The notes under the pieces were generated by a model. That model saw nothing but the letters and a program-made list of their open reading frames with translations, did not search any database and was not told the DNA's origin. Shown piece after piece: positions 19,617 to 28,588 of a stretch of 64,000 nt of DNA (the stretch's first letter is position 1; each line of letters opens with the position of its first letter). The translations under genes were made by a program, and so were the position numbers. The stretch is from a virus. Lineage: Duplodnaviria; Caudoviricetes. Location of the stretch: the IMG/VR virus record IMGVR_UViG_3300028805_000043; one strand, written 5' to 3'.

Positions 19617-20099
19617 TTAATCGTTGTTATAATATGTTTTAATCTTATTGTAATATGTTAATCTACTCATTTTTATATCTTCCTGTGGTACAGGTGGTTG
19701 TTTGATAAAATCAAATGTTAAACTTGATATATCTTTTAATTTATATTTTTTATATGTCATATCTACGACATCTTCGTCAAGATAATTACATAAAAATTTT
19801 GAAAACCCTGAACTATAAACAGATATTTCAAATGATTCAATAATGAAATTATCATTAATATCTTTAAATTCCTGTGGTGTTAAATCTACTTTATTGTAAA
19901 GTAAAAATGTATTAATTGCAGACAAAGAAACAAATGCAAACTTACTATTTTTATAATAAGGAATACAATGTTTCCAAGGTTTCATTTTACTAAATAATTT
20001 ATTAATACGTTTTTCTCCATCTAATTGATTATAAGGAAATGGTAAACCAAATACAACATCTCCTTTATATTGTTTATGTCTTAATCTATAAACTCTCAT
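19617..20099 (-). CDS. Hypothetical protein
   Basis: 160-aa ORF with ATGA overlap. Confidence 0.7.
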   Translation of the reverse strand: MRVYRLRHKQYKGDVVFGLPFPYNQLDGEKRINKLFSKMKPWKHCIPYYKNSKFAFVSLSAINTFLLYNKVDLTPQEFKDINDNFIIESFEISVYSSGFSKFLCNYLDEDVVDMTYKKYKLKDISSLTFDFIKQPPVPQEDIKMSRLTYYNKIKTYYNND

Positions 20100-20479
20100 A
20101 CTTCTTTTTTATCTAACGGTTCACAATGCGTCCAAAATCCAAATAAATCCCAATGATCTTCATCTTTTAATTTGTCAATATCATAAACATCATTAATTGA
20201 ATGAATCTTAATTTCTTTTCCTTTATTATCGAAAACATAGTAAAATGCTACTCCATTTTCAAATTCAGAATCAAAATCAACCCTTATAAATTTACAATCT
20301 ATCATTGGAATAGTATGCATTACAGACATTTCAATATCTGACAATTTATATGGCCACATAATTCTAAACATATCTCCTTCTTTAGGATCAGGACGATTAT
20401 TAAAATCTGTCCATAAATCTTTAATGAAAGGAGCCATTATACTGACAAATTTGTAAAATTCTTTAAAAGTACCAACCAT
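20096..20479 (-). CDS. Hypothetical protein
   Basis: 127-aa ORF in operon. Confidence 0.7.
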   Translation of the reverse strand: MVGTFKEFYKFVSIMAPFIKDLWTDFNNRPDPKEGDMFRIMWPYKLSDIEMSVMHTIPMIDCKFIRVDFDSEFENGVAFYYVFDNKGKEIKIHSINDVYDIDKLKDEDHWDLFGFWTHCEPLDKKEV

Positions 20480-20504
20480 ATATTATTTACATTCATTAAC
20501 AGTT

Positions 20505-21506
20505 TTAATATAGAAAGTTTGTAGTTTTTAATTCAATATTAAAATAATCAATTGTCTTTTTTAATCCATCTTCTAATTTAATTTTTGGTTTATATCCAAA
20601 CATTTCATATGCTTTAGATATATCAGCTTTACGTTGAATTGGATCATCCTTAGGCAATTCTTTATAAATAATTTTAGAAGTTGTTTCAGGTATTAGTTTT
20701 TTAACTAATTCTGCTAATTCATTCATTGTAAATTCACTTGGGTTACCAATATTTATTGGACCAAATTCATCAGTCTTCATAAATTCTGTCATCCCATATA
20801 TTAAATCATCAACATATTGGAATGATCTAGTTTGTGTACCATCTCCATAAATTGTTATATCTTTATTCAATAATGCTTGACAAACAAAATTAGAAATTAC
20901 ACGCCCGTCATTTGGATCCATGTAAGGTCCATAAGTATTGAATATTCGAATGATTTTACATTTTACACCTAATTTGTGATATTCATACAATATTGTTTCA
21001 GCTATACGTTTGCCTTCATCATAACAAGAACGTGGACCAATTATATTTACATTACCATGATATTCTTCTTTTTGGGGATGATGCTCAATATCCGGATTTC
21101 CATAAACTTCTGAAGTTGACGCATGTAATATCTTTGCATCGTATTCATATGCTAATTTACATAACCAATCAATTGCTAATGATGTTCTAATTGTATGCAA
21201 AGGATTCTTCATATATTTTGGTGGAGATGCAGGACACGCTAAATTATAAATTTCATTTATTTTATTATCAAATGTATTCATAACAATTTTTTTCAAACTT
21301 TCATAGATATCGTGATGGCTAATATCTAAATTATGAAATATAAAATTTGAATCGTTAATAAATTCTTTTAAATTAGATCTTCGTCCAGTTTGTAAACTAT
21401 CTACACATAATATTTTATTATTTGTATCTTGTAATAAAAATTTAATTAAATTGGTTCCAATAAAACCAGCTCCACCAAATATTATAATATGTTTCACTAT
21501 GTTCAC
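20505..21506 (-). CDS. UDP-glucuronate decarboxylase (UDP-xylose synthase), extended SDR
   Basis: GGAGFIG, IYNLACPASP, STSEVYG, GPRSCYDEGKR, RIFNTYGP, DGRVISNF, GDGTQTRSFQYVDDL. Confidence 0.9.
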   Translation of the reverse strand: MNIVKHIIIFGGAGFIGTNLIKFLLQDTNNKILCVDSLQTGRRSNLKEFINDSNFIFHNLDISHHDIYESLKKIVMNTFDNKINEIYNLACPASPPKYMKNPLHTIRTSLAIDWLCKLAYEYDAKILHASTSEVYGNPDIEHHPQKEEYHGNVNIIGPRSCYDEGKRIAETILYEYHKLGVKCKIIRIFNTYGPYMDPNDGRVISNFVCQALLNKDITIYGDGTQTRSFQYVDDLIYGMTEFMKTDEFGPINIGNPSEFTMNELAELVKKLIPETTSKIIYKELPKDDPIQRKADISKAYEMFGYKPKIKLEDGLKKTIDYFNIELKTTNFLY

Positions 21507-21528
21507 TTATATATATTTAATAAAATAG

Positions 21529-21565
21529 AAAAAGGATTAGCAATATTAATATTGGTAATCCTTTT
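21529..21565 (-). terminator. Hairpin/terminator closing the 21.6-28.4 kb cluster
   Basis: AAAAGGATTAGCAATATT/AATATTGGTAATCCTTTT, flanked by A/T runs. Confidence 0.6.
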
Positions 21566-21583
21566 AATAATATTTTTTTAATT

Positions 21584-21781
21584 TTATTTTTCAATATTTT
21601 TACGAGGTTCTTTCTTATAGAATGCGTTATTACTTGCAACTTCTTTATTTAATTTATCAACCTCAGCTTTAGCTTCATCTTCTTTGTAGTAAAAATTTTG
21701 CATTGTCTTATCTCCAAAATAAACTACATATACATCATCAGAAGATTCAGCTTCTGTAATAAATTCTTGTAATGATTTCAT
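21584..21781 (-). CDS. Putative internal head protein (leader MKSLQEFITE)
   Basis: Closest match here to T4 CTS MKTYQEFIAE. Confidence 0.65.
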   Translation of the reverse strand: MKSLQEFITEAESSDDVYVVYFGDKTMQNFYYKEDEAKAEVDKLNKEVASNNAFYKKEPRKNIEK

Positions 21782-21801
21782 TATATCGTTCTATATATTT
21801 A

Positions 21802-22161
21802 TCATTTATTTACAACTATCAACATTGTTTCTCCTTTTTCTAATAATTCAAGAAGTTCTTCATATGTGTATTCTTCTTCATTATCATCATATTCAATAAA
21901 ATCACCATTAGGTCTCCATGTATTAAGTTTAAATTCTTTATCCATGTCAACAACCCATGTTGATTTATTCTTTAATGTTGCAAGGAAGAATCCTTTGTCT
22001 ATCCAATATTTGCCAACATGCTCATATTGTTTTGATATTTTATCTAATGATTCTTTATCATAACAATAATAAACAACATCAACTTTTTTATTTGTTTTAA
22101 TGTCTTTTACTGTTATTTCATCAATAGTTCTACCTTCTAAAAATACTTTAAGGTCTTTCAT
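21802..22161 (-). CDS. Putative internal head protein (leader MKDLKVFLE)
   Basis: CTS-like leader; in cluster. Confidence 0.6.
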   Translation of the reverse strand: MKDLKVFLEGRTIDEITVKDIKTNKKVDVVYYCYDKESLDKISKQYEHVGKYWIDKGFFLATLKNKSTWVVDMDKEFKLNTWRPNGDFIEYDDNEEEYTYEELLELLEKGETMLIVVNK

Positions 22162-22163
22162 TA

Positions 22164-22391
22164 TTATTTTTCATTTAATGCGCTCAAATCAGTTATACAA
22201 AGATAAATTATATTATCTTCTCTCAATGATTCACCTAATTTAAGTTTTTTAACTTTTTCATCTTTAACTTCTTTAACCGCAAGATATTCAATTGAATCTG
22301 CACCAATATCAACTTTTAAGAAATCTGCCCATGGTTCAATTGTAACCATAGTGTCATCTTTACGTTCTAAAATTGTTTTTAAATCTTTCAT
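22164..22391 (-). CDS. Putative internal head protein (leader MKDLKTILE)
   Basis: CTS-like leader; in cluster. Confidence 0.55.
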   Translation of the reverse strand: MKDLKTILERKDDTMVTIEPWADFLKVDIGADSIEYLAVKEVKDEKVKKLKLGESLREDNIIYLCITDLSALNEK

Positions 22392-23539
22392 TATAATAAA
22401 TTTTCTTTATTTTTATCGTCTTTTTTATTAGACTTTTTATCGTCTTTATTATTTTCATCACTATTTTGGTCATCTTGATTTTGGTCATCTTGATTTTGAT
22501 CATCTTGATTTTGATCTTCATCATCATTTAATTTTTGACCCTTGAATGTAAAGATATCAGGTTCATTAGTTTTTTCTGCCCCTAATATTTTCAATATATT
22601 ATCAATAAGTGTTTGTACTTCTTTTGGTAATTCAACTATTGAATCTTTAGAAAAATCTTGTACCCAAATCTTTTTGTCTTCACCCGTAAATATATGTATT
22701 AATGAACGTGTATTTTCTGTTGAATTTCCTGTTGGTAATTTTTTAGTATATTTCCAACGTAAAGCAATAGCTTCATCTTCATTTTTAAACTTAATAGCTG
22801 CAAAATAATAATCACGAGGCAATGACATCTTTTGTGATATAATTATTTCTAATTGTTTTGCTGCTTTAACTTTATCTTCATTATTTAAAATTTCTGAAAT
22901 TTTATCGTCATTGTCACCTGATGGTTCTGAAGAATTATTATCTTTGTTTTGGTCATCTTTATTTTGATCATCTTTATTTTGATCATTTAAATCATCTTGA
23001 TGTTGATCATCTTGTTTCTGTTGATCATCACCTTCAATTATTCTATTAAATTCAAATTCATCGTATAAAGATTCTTTCATTTCTTTAGGACATGGACAAC
23101 ATTCACCTCCTTGTTCACCAGTGCTGACATATGATTTAGCATCAGGCTCCATGTTAACTGGATTCTTCGCTGCTTTAATATCTTCAGGTGAAAAATAAAC
23201 AACAAAACAACCACCAAGATTAATTGAAGTTACCTTTGTTAATCCTTGGGCTGTTATATAACCTTGTAATGAACTAGTTCCATAAGTAAATACATCATTA
23301 TAAAGTGATCTCCATAATAATTCATTAATCTTTTCTTGTGATATAAATTCAGAGCTAGTTAATTTAATAGAGAATCCATCTTCACCAATTGTTGCAACAA
23401 TACCTAAAGGTAAACAAAATAAATTTTTAATATTTGTTAAAATGTTTTGAACTGGTGTATAATGATTAGTTACTCCTAAGTTAGTTTGCTCATTATTATT
23501 TAATGCTTCTTTTAATATACATTCAGAAAAACGTTTCAT
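22391..23539 (-). CDS. Putative head/core protein with DDQN(Q/K) repeats (leader MKRFSECILKE)
   Basis: 382 aa; two tracts of 15-nt repeats; TTATTTTTA motif at 23562-23570. Confidence 0.65.
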   Translation of the reverse strand: MKRFSECILKEALNNNEQTNLGVTNHYTPVQNILTNIKNLFCLPLGIVATIGEDGFSIKLTSSEFISQEKINELLWRSLYNDVFTYGTSSLQGYITAQGLTKVTSINLGGCFVVYFSPEDIKAAKNPVNMEPDAKSYVSTGEQGGECCPCPKEMKESLYDEFEFNRIIEGDDQQKQDDQHQDDLNDQNKDDQNKDDQNKDNNSSEPSGDNDDKISEILNNEDKVKAAKQLEIIISQKMSLPRDYYFAAIKFKNEDEAIALRWKYTKKLPTGNSTENTRSLIHIFTGEDKKIWVQDFSKDSIVELPKEVQTLIDNILKILGAEKTNEPDIFTFKGQKLNDDEDQNQDDQNQDDQNQDDQNSDENNKDDKKSNKKDDKNKENLL

Positions 23540-23580
23540 TATTAATTTATATATAGTTATTTAAAAATAAATTATGTTTC

Positions 23581-24429
23581 TTAATTTTTTATATCTTTTA
23601 ATAAATCATCTACATTAAAGTTAAATGCCATATAAAACTTTTTTACTGCTCTTTTCCATTTTTTAGTATCTGATTGTTTAAGAGCATTAAAAAATTCATC
23701 AGTTTCAATATCATTATCATTTATAGCTCCCACATATCCTGCTAAATATTTAAGTATATCTTTACTATTAATATCGTATTTCTTTTTAAATTGAAATATT
23801 TTTGTTTTAATAGTTGGATCATATTCAACGTTACTTGTTAAATATTCTCTTCGTCTATCTTCTTTTGATGAATTTGGGTCGTCTCTTATAACACGAGACT
23901 TATGTATTTGATTTTTATTTAACCATTTTAATGCACCATGTTGTACTGCATGTGAAGATTCGTGCCAAATTGAATATTTAAGTTTTTCAATAATATCCTT
24001 AATATTATCTATATTACATCCATTATTTACTTCTTCAATAAATTTTAATGGATTAATAGTAAAACAATCTATACACCCGTGTTCATTTGATTCTTCAAAG
24101 CTTGCATTTACTGTTGGTCTTTCACCCCAAATTTTTCCTTCCCAATCAATAATAAGTTTTAATTGTCCAATTTGAAACTTCCAATTATTTCTTATTTTTT
24201 CTGGCAGATCATCTAAAATATAATTTAAATCTATTTTTTTATTTTGAGGTTTAAAATTTTTTATTATTTCAATTTTATTGTTTCCTATAATTTCTTTTGC
24301 TTCCTTTTCATACCCCTTTGAATATATATAAGAAACATATTCTTCAAGCACATGATTAAATAAACATTGTAATAAAGACTTAGGAACTTTTATTAAATTT
24401 TCATTTATATATAGTGTTAAATCTTTCAT
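23581..24429 (-). CDS. HExxH (zincin-like) protein with CTS-like leader
   Basis: MKDLTLYINE; SIWHESSHAVQ followed by EYLTSNVE. Confidence 0.6.
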   Translation of the reverse strand: MKDLTLYINENLIKVPKSLLQCLFNHVLEEYVSYIYSKGYEKEAKEIIGNNKIEIIKNFKPQNKKIDLNYILDDLPEKIRNNWKFQIGQLKLIIDWEGKIWGERPTVNASFEESNEHGCIDCFTINPLKFIEEVNNGCNIDNIKDIIEKLKYSIWHESSHAVQHGALKWLNKNQIHKSRVIRDDPNSSKEDRRREYLTSNVEYDPTIKTKIFQFKKKYDINSKDILKYLAGYVGAINDNDIETDEFFNALKQSDTKKWKRAVKKFYMAFNFNVDDLLKDIKN

Positions 24430-24431
24430 AA

Positions 24432-25097
24432 TTAAAACTGTCTCCAGAAATGGAATATTTGTTGTAATGTAGCTTTAGAGAAGTGACCTTCTGTATACAT
24501 CGCTGTTGATAATAATCTTGTTGGTAATAACCAAGAAGCTTGTCGTAAAACTGGTATATACATCTTAATACCAAATCCTATCTTAAGATTTGATTTCATT
24601 AAATGCTTAAGTCGTTTATAAGAAATAAAAGTATTTGGTTTACCAGTTACTTCATTAAAGTTTTTATCAAAATATGGCTTAAATACATTATATGTATGAG
24701 TCAATATTCTTGCACGAGCAAAAGGTGGATAATAGTGAAGATTCAAACCAACCTCACGAATATTACCATCATTTGTTCTCGTAATACCTAAGAATAATGT
24801 TAAAGGAGTTCTATCATAATATTCGAGTTCTTCTTTAAATTTAGGTTCAGCATAATGGAATAATACAACTTGTCCAGGAAGCAAATATTTTTTAGTTACT
24901 TTGGTATTATGTATTATTTCTTTATAAGCTAACTTTGATCTTATGTTTGTAGGACGTCTAACTAATGGATGATTATTAATAGCCTCATCCAATTGATATT
25001 CGTTTATTTCTTCAGGATCATAAATTTTTGATGCTAACTCTTTTAGATTTAAAGGACTACCTATTGTTGCCTTTTCAGATTTTTGTATTATTGCCAT
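24432..25097 (-). CDS. T4 gp2-like DNA end protector
   Basis: PGQVVLFHY..PKFKEELEYYDRTPL.LFLG...GLNLHYYPP.AR. Confidence 0.75.
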   Translation of the reverse strand: MAIIQKSEKATIGSPLNLKELASKIYDPEEINEYQLDEAINNHPLVRRPTNIRSKLAYKEIIHNTKVTKKYLLPGQVVLFHYAEPKFKEELEYYDRTPLTLFLGITRTNDGNIREVGLNLHYYPPFARARILTHTYNVFKPYFDKNFNEVTGKPNTFISYKRLKHLMKSNLKIGFGIKMYIPVLRQASWLLPTRLLSTAMYTEGHFSKATLQQIFHFWRQF

Positions 25098-25102
25098 TTA
25101 AT

Positions 25103-25570
25103 TTATAAATCATCATTAAAGTATTTTTGTATATAATGAAAAACATCTGGCATAAATTTACGATTACGTTCTTTAGTTTCTTCTGGGCCAACCCATTCAT
25201 ATTTTGAATGTTCTCTTGATATTTTAATTTCAGGAGTTGTTTCTAATTTAATCAACCAATATTCTGTATCTGAACCTATTGATCCATCTTCTTTTTCATG
25301 ACCTTGCTTATCAATAGATTTCATATTTTGTTTTTCATTAAAAGTCAATTCTAAACCTGTTTCTTCTTTAATTTCTCTTATTATTGCTTCTTTTGAATCT
25401 TTATCTTTTTTATCAATTGATCCACCAACAAAACCCCAATGACCACCAAACATTTTCATATAATTAGCACGACGTAATATCAATATCTTATTATCTTCAG
25501 ATACTAATATGCCATCTACATAATGTTTTATCTCATCTTTGTTCTCAAATAAATCTGAGTATCTTTTCAT
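25103..25570 (-). CDS. Nudix hydrolase with CTS-like leader
   Basis: Nudix box GGSIDKKDKDSKEAIIREIKEETGL; ISREHSKYEW; leader MKRYSDLFE. Confidence 0.85.
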   Translation of the reverse strand: MKRYSDLFENKDEIKHYVDGILVSEDNKILILRRANYMKMFGGHWGFVGGSIDKKDKDSKEAIIREIKEETGLELTFNEKQNMKSIDKQGHEKEDGSIGSDTEYWLIKLETTPEIKISREHSKYEWVGPEETKERNRKFMPDVFHYIQKYFNDDL

Positions 25571-25572
25571 TA

Positions 25573-26061
25573 TTAATCTTCAAGTTCTATTTTTAACTTT
25601 TTTAAAATTTTTTGTTTTTCTTCATTTAAATCATTAATTTGATTTTGTAATTCTAATATTTTATCATCTACTTCTTCTAATTGTTTATGATATTTAGAAT
25701 CTAATGCACTAATTACTGCTTCTTTAGAAATGCCAGCAAAATACCAAGTTCCATCACCATGTATACGTTGCATAAAAAATTCTTTCTTACCTTCATTTCG
25801 TTTATCAAATATCAAGAAACCAGTAATTTTAAATGGATTAGATTCTATGCTAACATAAGTAGTATTAATTTTACCTCTAGCAAATAATTCCTCTGGACCT
25901 CTATTTTCAATATTTCTAATTTTTAATTGATAACATTTATGTTTTCCATTATCTGTCCATTTGTCATAATCAGGTGTTATATACAATATTGTACCTTTTT
26001 CTAAATTGGTATATATGTTTTCTAATTTTTCTTCATTTATAAAACTATTAATTGTTTTCAT
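25573..26061 (-). CDS. Putative internal head protein (leader MKTINSFINE)
   Basis: CTS-like leader; C-terminal coiled coil. Confidence 0.6.
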   Translation of the reverse strand: MKTINSFINEEKLENIYTNLEKGTILYITPDYDKWTDNGKHKCYQLKIRNIENRGPEELFARGKINTTYVSIESNPFKITGFLIFDKRNEGKKEFFMQRIHGDGTWYFAGISKEAVISALDSKYHKQLEEVDDKILELQNQINDLNEEKQKILKKLKIELED

Positions 26062-26068
26062 AACGTAA

Positions 26069-26461
26069 TTATATTTTTTTAAGTGATTTTTCTAATTCGT
26101 CATCATTCATTATTTTACCTTTTGTTAACCAATCTGGACATTTTAAGTTAATACTATAATCTTTCCATGTTTCTTTAGGATCTTCATCATTGTCATAAAC
26201 AGTTAACATCATCCATCCTTCATCAGATAAAAAATAATCTTGATATTTATGCTTATTATTAGGATCATTAATAACAATTACTGATTCATCATTTCTCAAT
26301 TGATTTAAATCATTAACTGCATATATAACATTAACTTCAAAATTTCCATATCCTCCATTTAAATAATCTGGTATAGAAATTTTATGTACTCCTTTTTCTT
26401 TAATAGGTGTATGATATTTAGGTCCTGTTGATTCAATTATAAAATCATTTAAATTTTTCAT
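26069..26461 (-). CDS. Putative internal head protein (leader MKNLNDFIIE)
   Basis: CTS-like leader. Confidence 0.6.
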   Translation of the reverse strand: MKNLNDFIIESTGPKYHTPIKEKGVHKISIPDYLNGGYGNFEVNVIYAVNDLNQLRNDESVIVINDPNNKHKYQDYFLSDEGWMMLTVYDNDEDPKETWKDYSINLKCPDWLTKGKIMNDDELEKSLKKI

Positions 26462-26676
26462 ATATTATTAATTTTATTTTTTATTCCTATATGCCATTTT
26501 CCACAGACCTTACATATATATGCAGTATACTTATACATTTTATGTTTTTTAATAAATGATAATGCCTCTTGTTCTGTTTCAAATTTTTGTTTTGGTTTCC
26601 ATTCACCATTTTTTCTGGCATAGTGTTCACGTTTAATTGTATGTTTATTACAATCAGATCTAGTTGTTTGTTTCAA
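26458..26676 (-). CDS. Small basic Zn-finger protein
   Basis: AYICKVCGKWHIG; TTG start. Confidence 0.6.
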   Translation of the reverse strand: MKQTTRSDCNKHTIKREHYARKNGEWKPKQKFETEQEALSFIKKHKMYKYTAYICKVCGKWHIGIKNKINNI

Positions 26677-26677
26677 A

Positions 26678-27421
26678 TTAATTTAATGTATTAATTTCGT
26701 ATGGGAATTTATCAGGTTCACAAGTAACAGTTATTACAAATGAATATACATCATCAGCATTATCAATAGACACATCTAATACTTGTGCCCAATCAATTTC
26801 ATCATGCTTCTCTAATTCTGATAATGTTTTTGCTACTCCAGTTAAAGAAGTTTTAATAGATCCTTCTTTACCATTTGAACCAGTAAACTTAACGAAATAT
26901 AATTGAATCTTATTATCTATTCTTTGTAAGCATATAGGATATTGTAACTTATGTACTTCACAAAGTTCTTTAATAAAATTGTATAGTTTTTCATTGCTGT
27001 TTACGTGATTGAATCCACTTTGTAATTGCTGCATGATCTCAATATTCATCCATTCCTTAAAATATAATGGTTCAATTTCACCAACTTTATTTACATATTT
27101 AAATTGATTAAATTGCTTATTAATATTAAGTATATCAGTAACTTTTACAACTGTTTTTAATCTTTCAACAATTTCATGTTCACTGTAGAAATATACTATT
27201 TGGTTATATGAAGGATTATCTGAACATACACATGATGGCTCACAGCATTTTAGATCACATGAATCACCACAACATCCACAACATTCATTAATTTTATATC
27301 CTTCTAAATTTTCCAATTTTGATTTAGAATCCTCATCTAAATCAACAAGACTAATAATATTTTTATTAATCTCCTTTTTTACTTTGTTTTCATTTAATAA
27401 AACACTTGAAAATGTTTTCAT
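26678..27421 (-). CDS. Hypothetical protein with Cys cluster and CTS-like leader
   Basis: MKTFSSVLLNE; CCGCCGDSCDLKCCEPSCVC. Confidence 0.65.
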   Translation of the reverse strand: MKTFSSVLLNENKVKKEINKNIISLVDLDEDSKSKLENLEGYKINECCGCCGDSCDLKCCEPSCVCSDNPSYNQIVYFYSEHEIVERLKTVVKVTDILNINKQFNQFKYVNKVGEIEPLYFKEWMNIEIMQQLQSGFNHVNSNEKLYNFIKELCEVHKLQYPICLQRIDNKIQLYFVKFTGSNGKEGSIKTSLTGVAKTLSELEKHDEIDWAQVLDVSIDNADDVYSFVITVTCEPDKFPYEINTLN

Positions 27422-27888
27422 ATATGAGATACTATTTTTTTAATAATTATATCAATGTCATTACTATTGAATAAAGGTATCTTGTATTTTTCACACGTAA
27501 GACGGACATTATCATATCTCCAGAAGTTATCAGTACAGAATACGATAAGTTTTCCTGATGTTGCATATAAGCCCATTTCTAATAGTGTAATAGGTGATTT
27601 TGAATTATCTGTAAAAACCATACAAATCAAATCAGCTTTATCTAAATGCTTTTGTTCCCATTTGATTTGTTTTTCCATATCTTCTTTAGTTGGATTAAGA
27701 TCCCAATTAGCACGTCTTGGACTATATATTTCCAATGATAAATCTAATTTAGAAAGCTTATTGATTATCTCCTTTTGCCAATCAATAGAATTACCATTAT
27801 CAATAGTACCTGCTAAAAATATAGATTTTGTTTTTGAAATATTATTAGCAGACTTATTAATTACGTTATCTGGTGTAATTATTATCAT
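27418..27888 (-). CDS. Nucleoside 2-deoxyribosyltransferase-like protein
   Basis: SIFLAGTID..WQ..SPRR..QIKWEQKHLDKAD..SPITLLEMGLYA. Confidence 0.8.
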   Translation of the reverse strand: MIIITPDNVINKSANNISKTKSIFLAGTIDNGNSIDWQKEIINKLSKLDLSLEIYSPRRANWDLNPTKEDMEKQIKWEQKHLDKADLICMVFTDNSKSPITLLEMGLYATSGKLIVFCTDNFWRYDNVRLTCEKYKIPLFNSNDIDIIIKKIVSHI

Positions 27889-27905
27889 CTCTTCCCCATA
27901 TTTAT

Positions 27906-28373
27906 TTATTCAAAAAATTTCTCTGTTACGATTATGAACTTAGCATTATTCTTGTGAGCAAATTCATTAGCTGCTTTCCATTTATCGCAATTTTTAATCC
28001 ATGATTCTTTAAGCCAAACAGAATCCATTGCAGAAGGCTTAATAGTTTGACTATATGGTTTTACCTCAACAATTATCTTATCACCATTAATTGTTTCTAT
28101 AACATAATCAGGATAATAATCATGTACCTTATCATCTAATCTACATACATATTTAATGTTAATAGGTTCAGATGCCCATTGTTTAATCTTAGGATTATTC
28201 TCACAAAATTGGATAAATTGTAATTCTAAACCTGAACGATAAATAATAGGTTCATTCTTTACAGACCTAAATAACTTATGACAAAATTGTTCAGGAACAT
28301 ATCCTTGGTGATATCTTGAATTCTTTTTAGGTTTATTATTCTTAATTTTATTTTCGTAAATTTTATTGCCCAC
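27906..28373 (-). CDS. T4 gp4-like head completion nuclease (TnsA-like)
   Basis: YHQG..IIYRSGLE..FCENNP.IKQWASEP..Y..YYPDY..VEVKPYSQT..KWKAA..FIIVTEK. Confidence 0.8.
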   Translation of the reverse strand: MGNKIYENKIKNNKPKKNSRYHQGYVPEQFCHKLFRSVKNEPIIYRSGLELQFIQFCENNPKIKQWASEPINIKYVCRLDDKVHDYYPDYVIETINGDKIIVEVKPYSQTIKPSAMDSVWLKESWIKNCDKWKAANEFAHKNNAKFIIVTEKFFE

Positions 28374-28588
28374 TTCTATGATTTATCCTTTTAGTAAAAA
28401 TAAATTTAGTTTTTAATTATTTTTATAAAATGACTATTTTATTTAAATAGGTTTAGCAACTAGATTTTCAAGAGTCAAATGAGTGACCTTTGCTAACAGA
28501 ATGTTAAGTGAAGTTTTGGCTAAGTCGAGTTATTTATATGTGACAGATATATTTAACGAGGCGACAAACTAAAAATAAACTAATAATT

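Noticed and set aside
22440-23030. Short tandem repeats as a CRISPR array
   Set aside because: In-frame 15-nt coding repeats (DDQNQ) without unique spacers
27455-27937. 160-aa + strand ORF and the other short opposite-strand ORFs in the track
   Set aside because: They lie antisense to or inside genes with recognisable motifs and have no independent support
27906-28373. TnsA transposase / Tn7 element
   Set aside because: No tnsB/tnsC or transposon ends; motifs and proximity to gp2 fit the gp4 head-completion nuclease
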